Positions 1-10,663 of a stretch of 64,000 nucleotides of DNA are shown here, piece after piece. Position 1 is the stretch's first letter; the number at the start of each line of letters is the position of its first letter. The position numbers and the translations under genes were made by a program. A model generated the notes under the pieces. It saw nothing but the letters and a program-made list of their open reading frames with translations, was not told where the DNA came from and did not search any database. This stretch comes from Balanoglossus misakiensis (Eukaryota; Animalia; Hemichordata), in assembly GCA_040954595.2 (NCBI GenBank), contig CM082582.2, positions 11,523,483-11,587,482 of the forward strand, read 5' to 3'.

Positions 1-152
1 GATGACGTGTATAAACACTCGTCACCAATGTTATGGATATTTACTGGGGACTGCTATTAATACACTGCAAAGCTATGATATTTGTCGCCCTTTTCCTCTG
101 TCGAAAGTCTACGTCTCTGAGATTGATGACGTATGTACCCTTTCCTATGTAG

Positions 153-2643
153 AAAAGAGGGCGCTTGGAGACTGTGGCGGGACTTTCTACGTAGACTCCG
201 GAGAGTTCTCCTCGCCGGGATACCCTGGTTACTATAACAACAAGCAGGAATGCATTTACGTCATTTTCATACCGAGGAATGACGCATTGATTGTGGTAAG
301 ATATTGTTTTACCATCATTGCTTCGCTGTATCCTGACAAATATAGTCACCCAGTTTCAAGGTAATTGCACCACAATTATCGTGCATCTCATAAAATATTA
401 TCAAAACTGTTCAATGAAGTTGTTTTCTTCTGAATGATTTTTTTTCAGTTAGACTTTGTCGCTTTCAATACTGAGCCAATGTACGATGTCGTCAGTGTAT
501 ACGAAGGTCTTTCCTTGACTGGCACGCTGATCGGGGAGTACACTGGAATCTCGCCCCCGCCGAGAATATGGTCATCGGGGCACGTCCTAACCATCACCTT
601 CACGTCGGACTTTTCGGCCACCCGTCCAGGGTTTCTCGCCAACTACACTGCGTTTTCGGAATCAAGTGAAATCGGAAACCGTACCATCATCTCCGACTTT
701 GGAAGTTTTTCGTGGCGAGATTGGTACTACGGGAAGGACGACTGTTACCTGCTTATAATAGTGTCCAAAGACAAAGTACAGGTAAGAACATTTGAGATTG
801 TAGACGTGTTCTTCGAATGTGCATATTACCGTACTGGAGTAGTTGTTGTTTCAAATCAAAGGACAGGTTATATAAAATAAGAGAATCGGTTGGAACAAAA
901 ATCTGTTCGGTGATATCTTGTTTAATATGTTGACAGAATTTACTGACTTGAATGTTTCAATTAATAATGATGTCCAAATTATTGTCTTTCTCCTTTGTGT
1001 CCAATTCAATAGTTAGATATGGACATTCCTTGCTGCCGGTCGTTTTACATCGAAGCATTCGACGGGTTGTCTCAGTCAGATGTGTCGCTGAGTCGATTTT
1101 ACATTGATTATGGATGGGTTAGATTGACATCAAGCGGCAGGAGCATGTACGTCCATCTGTATCAAGCTGATAATGTTTCATCGAGCATAGGTGTGAGTTA
1201 CCGTACAGTTACGCAAGGTAAAATCCGAATTTCACGACAATAGGTCGCTGCAAATCGTTTCATCTGGTCCACACTTGTGCAACGTTACGAAATCTGATGT
1301 TTCTATAATGTGTAAGTCCATCATATCTTTCCAGGATCAACTCGGATCAATCACTACTATAATAATTACTGGACTTCAACATACGCAAGCAACTGGCGGG
1401 TGCCAACGACAACTGCATGGTACACTGAGCCGACTGATTGGTGGCGTTGGTGGTATCTCTCAACAGAAACATATCAATACGCCCTCGGCGACTGTGGCGG
1501 TAATTTCACCTCCGATGAAGGGTCATTCGCGTCTCCCTCATACCCCGGATATTACCCTGACCAACAGGATTGTTATTACGTCATAACAGTCTCTGATGGC
1601 AACACATTAGTGGTAAGATGTAGACATGACTATCCATGCGCTCAAAATTTCTCCGAATCTACGTACAAGTGCGCCTTTTCTGTTTAATGTAATCATATTT
1701 ACAACTCCTTAAAATGTCTATCAGTCATCTACAATCATTTCAACTGTGCCTGATATCTTCCGCAGCTCGAATTCATTGAATTTGACACCGAGGTATGTTG
1801 CGATTTTGTTGAGATCTTCGACGGCGAGGCCAAATTCTCCGCTTCGTCGTTGGGCAAATTTTACGGCTCCAAGATCGACTCGGAAATCAAATCATCGGCG
1901 CGAAGTCTCTTCGTTCACTTCCACTCGGATCACTCGAAGTATCACAGGGGATTTCTTGCCTCTTACAAATTGGAAACTCAAGGCAAGAACATTTCAGTGA
2001 TCAACAAAACTACTTATTCAAGTTTGATTTTTGCCTAAATGCTTCAGTTGTTCAGATTTAGATTTTCCCATGATAATTGATGAACCGAAAATCCTCCAAG
2101 TGATTTCTGATTTTACTCTCGTTTAGTTGAGACCGACATATGGATCATAGTCGGGGGATCTATCGGAGCTGGATTTGCCTTGCTGATTGTCGTGGTTGTG
2201 ATCGTCGTCGTCGTCTGCGGCATTCACTCGAAGAAGCCACCTGCGCCACCTACGCCCATAGAAGTTCGGACGATGAGAATTGGCTCCACGTACGTCACTG
2301 TAGACTTTCACCCCACGCTGTGCGGTTCCCTCGGGAACATGTCATTAAAAATAAAGGCAATTCTAAAACACCATTATCAATGAAAACATTTTTTTCTCTC
2401 GAAAATTTAACGGTACGCTCGGGTAAGACGTCTCCCGGAAGTCATGAATTGTGAAAAAATCATGATCTGACATGTTTTTTGTTATTTTTCAGGCCCGATA
2501 TTCTGGACGAAGATGAAGAAGAAGGTACAGACTTGGGTACCATAGGAAGAAGTCACTACAACAAGGGGTATCCCACTAGCCAGGGGCATCCACCCCCATA
2601 TGGTCAGTCACCTCTTCCAGGGGCGATTGATAATGTCGAATGA
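153..2643 (+). CDS. CUB-domain type-I transmembrane protein, paralog 1 (3 CUB + TM + PPPY tail); 5' end (signal-peptide exon) lies upstream of the window
   Basis: Exons 153-295, 449-781, 1013-1217, 1335-1612, 1766-1982, 2127-2289, 2493-2643 join in frame. CUB hallmarks: LGDCGG..F.SPGYPGYY....C.Y.I, FNTEPMYDVVSVYEG, LTITFTSDFSATRPGFLANY, FDTEVCCDFVEIFDG, LFVHFHSDHSKYHRGFLASY. TM segment IWIIVGGSIGAGFALLIVVVVIVVVVC followed by SKK. Last exon has HPPPYG and ends at TGA 2641-2643. Confidence 0.85.
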
Positions 2644-3379
2644 CTCATGTCCCTGCTTGGTTATGTCAAATATAGCAATTACATGTATTTTAAATAATCA
2701 GATTTCTAATAATCGTTGACCGCGGTCAAATAGACCGTCAAACATTTTAATAATTGTCACGAGAAAATCGCGACCTACAACGCAGAAGTAAGACCCTTAG
2801 AGGTGTACAGTCACCTATGCAAATTTTAGCCAGTTACCATGGACACTATAGATCTAGCCAATCACAATTAAATACTCAGTGGATGGCCACGCGATAATTT
2901 CGTTGAAGAATTACACATCAATATAGCTGATACAATCAACTATATTAATACATTGATAGTTGATAAAATCAATTTGAAATTTCACAGAGTTTCTGTATGA
3001 CAGTACTGTAAGCTTTAGGCTATACATGTATTACATTTAGTATTCAGACACAAGAATGTTTTTTTTAATCATGTACAAAGATTCTCTCATAAATGAGGTA
3101 TGCTGGTTCAACTGAATTGGTTATTTATTTGTGCGATAACAGCAGCATAACAATTCAACCAGGGCATTTCACTCCATACTGACAAATGACGTATGCCTGT
3201 ACGTAAACAAAAGTGTATTATTGTTCATGACAACACGGCGGGTTGACTGAGGTGACACCGTCGACGTTTCCATTGCTTCTGTGTTGAAGTGTTTTGTGAC
3301 GTAGAACCGAAGGACATTCATTTCAAGGTCAAGCTACGTATACCGTGACGTTGACCGGAACAATACCTGCTCCTTCTCC

Positions 3380-3544
3380 CTTTTCTGTTCTGCCTTCAAG
3401 TTGCGCAGACTGTTACCGCTGTCGTCAGGGTGAGGAATACACAGAGTGACGTAGGTCTATATTCTGTCCGCCATTTTGTAAATATCCTTGGCCGAAGCAA
3501 CAAACGCGCGTACGCGTCGAGTGAACGTGAAGGAGAGAAAAATC
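3380..3544 (+). other. Probable non-coding first exon (5' UTR) of CUB paralog 2
   Basis: Strong donor C|GTAAGT at 3545 after a CpG-containing stretch; next acceptor tatatcag|aaaATG at 4828/4829 sits 3 nt before the start codon. The 5' boundary is a guess. Confidence 0.4.
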
Positions 3545-4831
3545 GTAAGTAAATTTTGAGCCCTTGATAACTGAGGATATTGGTCTCTGACATCTGGCCA
3601 ACACATTTGAAGACGTTTAATTGTGATTGTTAATTATATGTCGTGTTCAACGATGAATGAGAATAATAAGCTGAGCTTACAATTAGGCTACATACGAAAG
3701 TGAACGTGATTAGGCCTACCATGATCGCCGCCGTTATCATGTGAATATTGTCGGTCGATGTTAATTAAATGATTTGTTAAAAGGCTTTAATATTCACATC
3801 GTTTTGCTACTTTTAGCGGGGATTCTGGGTCCGTGGTATTTCGGTTTGATTATAATGTCCGCGCAGTGACGTTACAATGTGGTGAATGCACGATACACCT
3901 GCCGCAACGCCACCTGGCTGGACCCACGGACAGCCAATGCGATGCCGTATAACTATGGCCTCACAGTACGCGTATTAGCTAGAGCGAAACTAGACATTTT
4001 AGCGAATGAACTACATCATACAACAGACCGTCTTCGTTTGGGAATTGTAAACTGCACAACATCGGCACGACGCATATAGCCCAAATATTTATTCTCAATT
4101 GTCAGTTGAAATAGTATGTAGGCCTAGGGTAGTATTTGCACATGTCATTAGTGATTGATGTCGCATATCTGCTCCGCGGGTTTGTTTCGAGTCACCGTGT
4201 GTGTTTTACAAACAATGTTCATTGGAAGGCACACTGGAAGGTATATATCAGGTCACCGTTTCTTTTGTCCGACGTATAAGCAATACATGATCACCCAAGG
4301 TTATCACGAACAATGCGACAGTAGTTGTCAGGTTCGCAATCTCTTCAATTTGCTTTTTATCCGTGTTGTTCTTGTTAAATCATCACCAGTTTGCCCGAGG
4401 TGAGATAAAGGAGCGAGTCGGTGAGTTTGTAAAAGAATAAGAGTCATGGCAAAGTTGAATGCGAGCTGTTCTAGGCCTAAATAGGCCATCGTGAATTCTA
4501 TGACGCACTATTTACGTTACGTTCCCGCGGTCGTGATTCATGCATGTCACGCGTTTGGCGAATTCCGCTCCCCTAATACTGACCACAATGGAGTCTATTT
4601 GCGACATCCTATCTGATATGACCATAGCCATGCGGTTCGATAGGATAAATTTATTTATGTTGCGAAGTGAAGCATCAATCGCAAACACTTAAAACGTTTG
4701 CCTCCGACATTGGCCATAGAAATGAGGCAGAACACCGGTATGAATTCGACATCGTATTCTCAAAATCGAATTCGTGTTTTTGATAACATTTTTACCTAAA
4801 TATCTTTTCCTATATCAACATATATCAGAAA

Positions 4832-7800
4832 ATGGCGTTGTGCAGAGGTCTGCTGCTTTTAGGCATCATCGCGTGCGTTTGCATGGTTGCCTTGACGACC
4901 GACAGCGAGCATATCGGGAAAGAAGTCGACCACAACGGTCATGTAGTCCACAGCATAGGTAAGATATCTACTCCTATTTTGACATAAATGATCAAAAATC
5001 CGCAAAATACACACTGATCCGACGTAGCCATTCTCGTTGAGATACACAAGCGTAGTTTTAAACATTCGCGTTATAGGGACAAGATGGCTGATTTTTGACA
5101 TTGTTTTGATGACCTTTAAAGCCAGTTTCTTTTGATCATTTTTGTAGAGCGGAGGGCGATCGGAGATTGTGGCGGCATTTTCAGCGAAGACAGCGGCGTG
5201 TTTTCGTCGCCCAATTATCCCGGCAACTATGACAACAGCGAATATTGTGATTACGATATCTCAGTATCGCCGGGATACGTTATCCGGGTGAGAAATAATT
5301 GGACTTTCGTCATCAGTTCAAATGTTCAATACTTGTTGACAGACAGACAGACAGACAGACAGACGATCAAATGCGACCATTGCAAATCATATAGTTGACT
5401 GTCGCTTTTCTGGAAACATTGCCAAGTACTCAGAATTGAGACTCCACTCTGTAATGTCGACACGTGCCTTCGCATTCGACGATGACGGTGGGCGTGGTGT
5501 TGTAGTTTCCTTATTCCTAAAGACCTTTCTCCCCGTTTCATCATCTTACAGCTTGAATTTAGCGTTTTCCATACAGAGACCAACTTCGATAAAGTGAAGA
5601 TATACGACACATCGGCATATAATCCCACCCACGAGTACTCAGGGTCGACTATACCCCCAGTGTTTGAGTCAACAGGTTCCAGCATGAGAGTCGTGTTCAC
5701 ATCTGATGGTTCCTCGGTTTACCAAGGCTTCCTGGCCTCGTACAACACCGCCGAATACGTGCCAGTCGAGTATTCATTAGGGGACTGTGGGGGCGTCCTG
5801 ACGACAGATACAGGATCGATATCATCGCCGGATTACCCGTCTGAATATCCACATGGAGTGGACTGTTACTACTCGATTACTGTCTCCACGGGCAACACGG
5901 TGACGGTAAGCAAAACAGCCCATCACTTTTCTCCATTCCCATTCCCTTGAATTTTACGAACCATACCTTCAGCCATGTTCACACAGATGTATCCACCTCT
6001 AATTATTTTGTTCTCATTATCTCCGATGCATCGAATGACGTATTTCTCCCTCTTTTATTCTTCGGGTTTACAGTTGGAGTTCACTGTATTTGAAACAGAA
6101 TCATGTTGTGACAATGTTGAAGTGTTTGACGGGGACTCGGCATACGCCTCGTCGATGGGACAGTTTTCCGGCACCAGTATTGACTCGCCGTTCGTGTCGT
6201 CGGGCCGAAGCCTGTACATTCGCTTCCATTCCGACAGTTCTGTGTCCGATCCTGGATTTTACGCCAGTTACTGGACCACTGGCAGCGGTGGGGGAGGAGG
6301 AGGAGGTGATGGAACAGAGTTTTCAGGTACAAATCCACTCAGCCCGGGGAAGTTTTTGATCGACATTTTAACGGCCTGATGTATAGGAATATTAGAAGAC
6401 ATTCTTACCATATATGCCATAGCTTTCCATGTTTTTATTACATGTAATGAGAATATTACATTCTTTCGACAGTCTGTGACGATCCTGTGGTGACCACACC
6501 TGGGGGATTTGCACAGTCTCCGAACTATCCTTTGGACTATCCCGACAATAGAGACTGTATTCTTACCATAACGGCTACTGGCAGTTTTTCCAGGGTTTAC
6601 TTGAGGTTTCTGGACGTCGATCTTTACCAGGGACCCCAGGGTAAGTCGTAGTTGTTTGGTTTGTTTTGTCTGGAATCGGTGTTACTAGTAAATGAGATTA
6701 TTTGCAATATAAGGCGAAACACATACACATACCAGTGGAGAGAGGTACTTCCAACTTTAGTTTAGGAGCGTTCAGTTATTCCACGGCCTGGGGTGGAGCC
6801 AGGAAATTCTTCACCTGTCTCGCCCATAATTAGTAAACTCCCCTACTTACTACAACCCCAAACAGATGATGACCCCCGTTTTAAAGATGACACAATTATA
6901 AATATAGCAGCAGTCTATCTCTAACCACATTTCTGACATGTCGTTTACAGGTGCCTGCTCTGACGGTGGCGATTACGTCACCGTTACTGACGACGACGAT
7001 TTATCGATGGGAACCGTGTGCACCAGCTACGACATTGGCAATGAATATACGTCAAGAAACAGTCTAACCTTGACATTCCATTCGGGAGAACACACCGACA
7101 CTTACAAGGGTTTCCAGGCATTATACAGTTTTTACTATGATTCCTGTGAGTAAAATACACGACACATTTTAGCTGTTCATGCTTGTACAATGTCTCGCTG
7201 GCTTTCCCATACACTACCAATGATGTTGAACACATTCTCATGCTGGTTTTAATTTCCATTGGTCGTTTCAGCGAGTTCCAATTGTTTTTATTCGGACGAT
7301 CACATCTACTGCTCCTCCGAAGGCAGGTGTATATCTGGAACCTTGGAGTGCGATGGTTATGACCACTGTGGGGATGGCAGCGATGAAGAGTGTTCAAATA
7401 GTGAGTGATTTTTCTCTACATCAATGACAGTTCGCATACTCACGTATGCATGTAGTTCAATTCAGTTCTATTTTGATAGTCAGGAATTCCAGGTAAATAT
7501 ATCTTCTGTCACTTCTTCGAACAGCGGCGCTTATTGCTGGAGTAGTCATCGGCGTGATTGCCTTGATCGCCATCATTGCCGTCGTCGCTATATATTTTTG
7601 CTGTTGCAAGAAGTCGTCCGCCACAACGCCCTCAAGAGGTGCCACCAACACCAGGTTAACGAGGGCGCCTCCTAGTGGAGCGACAGTCGGTTTTACGGGC
7701 TATAAACCCCAGGGAATGTAAGTATTCTGAAGCCACATACATGCATGTACTAGAGAATACTTTGGTCCGCGCGTGATACAAGTTTTGGCTGCAGATTGTT

Positions 7801-8279
7801 AGATTGAAATGTGTCACGTAGGCCTACATGTACTTGAATTTCTTCTGTTAATAACATCACCTGACCAATGCGTGTTTTGTTGCCTCTCCGTTATATGCAG
7901 AAACACCGTGTCTTCGACTGTGAACGACCCTGGTGCCCCTGGAAACAACGCGTATGGAGGTTACTACGAGCCTACTGCGCCTTACTACATGAACGAGTAC
8001 AACAACCCTGGTATGGACTTGAGCGCTGGTTACCCGCCACCAGCGGCAACAACTGGAGCCGCATCCTCTTACCCGTCACCAGGCCTCCCAGGTTCGACGA
8101 CGAATGACCCCGCATATCCTCCTCCGAACGACCCCATGGCGATGTACCCACCCCCGCCACAAGGATTCGGTGCACCCGCTCCAACCACATACAACCCTAT
8201 GTTCCCACCTGAATCAAATCCGAACATGGCCCCTCCACCACCAAGTTACAATGACGCGATGACTATGAACAGACCCTAG
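4832..8279 (+). CDS. CUB x3 + LDLa type-I transmembrane protein, paralog 2 (~645 aa), Pro/Tyr-rich tail with PPSY
   Basis: Exons 4832-4958, 5148-5287, 5552-5905, 6074-6326, 6473-6640, 6951-7145, 7272-7400, 7525-7717, 7901-8279; all introns GT-AG and phase-compatible. Signal peptide MALCRGLLLLGIIACVCMVALT; three CUB domains; LDLa CFYSDDHIYCSSEGRCISGTLECDGYDHCGDGSDEEC; TM ALIAGVVIGVIALIAIIAVVAIYF then CCCKK; tail with YPPP repeats and PPPPSY. Confidence 0.9.
5340..5363. repeat. (GACA)n tetranucleotide microsatellite (intronic)
   Basis: Direct run gacagacagacagacagacagacagac. Confidence 0.85.
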
Positions 8280-8737
8280 CTTTTACAGTCACATAACCCC
8301 CTCCCATTTCCCAGATATTTTATCGTCAAAAAGGCCGATCCATCGACAGCAAACTATCCATTTACACGTTCTTCCAAAAGCGCACACATCGAAAGTCGAC
8401 CTGCTGCATAGCTTTGCACCACCATGCACGTGGAGAAAATAACAGCATGAGCCGAGCCAGCTGACAAGGATTCCCGCCACACAGTCAAGATAATCACCGA
8501 TTACCGTAACGTCGCCACACCGTGTATGGTATATTATCTGCAGTGCCAGTGGAAATATGCGCACTTGTATTTATATGGTAATAAGTGTGTGCCAAGTTTT
8601 TGGATTTGAATATATAGCACTGATGAGTTGACTATCATCCAGATCCGTCCATGTTTATAAAGTGTATATATCAGTCATGCATTTACTATCTGGAATGATG
8701 CAGGGGCTCTTTGTTGAATTCAACAGTTTTACGTATA

Positions 8738-8778
8738 AGAGAGAGAGAGAGAGAGAGGGGGGGGGGGGGATGAGAGAG
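8738..8778. repeat. (GA)n microsatellite plus poly-G run in the 3' UTR of CUB paralog 2
   Basis: agagagagagagagagagagggggggggggggga; AATAAA follows at 8796-8801. Confidence 0.85.
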
Positions 8779-9659
8779 AATTATTTTACATAGAAAATAA
8801 ACTTTAGCTTTTTGTAGGAATTTGTACCAACTTAGAACTTTCCGTAGGAGTGATCCCCACTCTTATGTTTTGATGTTATTGATGAAGATGAGCGTATATG
8901 TGTGCCAAACCTTATTCATAAAGAATTATTTCGATCTGCAAGAATTTTAACAGAGATATAAACATTTATTTTACATAACGACGAGACCTGCTCTTTTTTG
9001 ATGATTTCGATGTTTTCATAACATAATTATGTTGCGTTTTTTTCTTCGATTATGTATATATTACTTTCGTTTTTAAGTATGCGCGCTGCGCCAAATAAAA
9101 TGTTTTCAGAGGACTTTGGATTAGGATGGCTTTTTCTGAAGTCTAATGTTCTTCACAATGAAGAATATGCAGCGCCCCCGTGTGACAGGAGTTCAAAATC
9201 ATTGTGTTTCCCCGCAAAATGAAAGTCCTGGCAAAGCCGGGATTCTGGTTCATCTGTTATAAACTTTCTTGGCCAGTTCACGATACATGAGAGATGAATA
9301 TACTAGTAAGAGCTACGAAACTATAAGTGCTAATACATTTCGTGCTCTTTTCAGTGTTTTCCTGCATACATATAATTAAAAAAGGTCTATCCCCTGCTTG
9401 CGTTCATGTTTCTATTATCACACAATTCTGGGAATCCCCGTTATACCACATTCAGAGTGTCTCTTAATACCCACCATGCCGAGCGCATGAGTCTAGACTA
9501 TTTGCCTCATTTAAAAAAATGACGTCATGTGGGTCAGAGGTAAAGGGAATGCCCCTCATACCTGCCATTATAAACAGGCGCTGGGCTAGGCGCGCGGTGT
9601 TGACGAGCGAGGACAACTCTGTCTAATGTCGATAGTGGAATTAATTTACGAGTGTTATT

Positions 9660-9690
9660 TCGCACACTGACGAAATGGCGACTAGTTAAG
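9660..9690 (+). promoter_or_regulatory. Probable first (non-coding) exon/TSS region of RNF31 with YY1-like AAATGGCG and a 4-codon uORF
   Basis: gaaATGGCGACTAGTTAAG|GTAATT: AAATGGCG motif typical of housekeeping 5' ends, donor at 9691; downstream acceptor ttttcag|G at 10595/10596 precedes the RNF31 ATG at 10664. Confidence 0.5.
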
Positions 9691-10663
9691 GTAATTTTTT
9701 TTACACAAAACGTACCAAAGTGACCATTATTGACATTGTAAATGCGATATGTTGTACTGGCGGTATGACGGACAATATGGCTGCCTCCATGGCAAGACGG
9801 AAAAGGTAGATGTTATGCTAACGTCGAGTGACAATTTCTGTGGGTTCAAAGTACATATTAAGATTTCCAGACTTCATAAAAAACTGTGAAGTGGTCCCCA
9901 CGTTAGTACATGTATTGCAATTTGGCAACTTTTGACGGGTTAAGAATTATCGCCTGGAGTTGACGTACCATAGATGGAAAGTACATTTGGCCTGGGACCC
10001 GAACTGGGACGTGTGACGTTCATGTTTTCTCGGACTGTGCGATGTAACAATGAGACTGCTAAACGAAAGAACCCATTTATCATAATCATTTTAAACCCGT
10101 TTTCAGTGGTTAAAAGGCTGCTGACTGTAGTTAAGCCAACAAAATGCATTATGGAATCCCACAGTATCATTTTTGAACGCGGAAGTGACTTGTCAAGACT
10201 TGACCGACACCCAAACCCCGCCACCACTCATGACCCGACCGTTTGCACTGTCGAGTCACACTTCTCATGGTGATCATCGGTGCCCAACTGCTATCTAGCC
10301 TAATGACTGACATTTGGTATCCAATACACCTGGCTTTTATTGATTTTAACACATTTCTTCTGAAAAATGGATGATGGAATAATGCAAGCTCTTCACAACA
10401 CCAGGAAATGCACGCAAAAAAGATCATAGACTGGGGTCTTCCCCGTTATCTTATCCCACGCATTTGACAATGTATTGTAATTGCAAATGGTTAATTCCAA
10501 TACTGTAATTGTTTATAACACATGGTACAAAAACTTGTGATAATGTTTGTTGGCTGTGAGATCAATAACATGTATCATTTTCTGTTTGTTTTCAGGAATG
10601 AAATAAGCATACATTGACATTGTAAAATTATCTCCTGAAGTTGTGCTTTGAACATTGTCAAAA

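Noticed and set aside
7480-7492. Micro-exon between the LDLa and TM exons of CUB paralog 2
   Set aside because: It would leave a ~32-nt downstream intron and break phase; direct 7400-7525 splicing is in frame.
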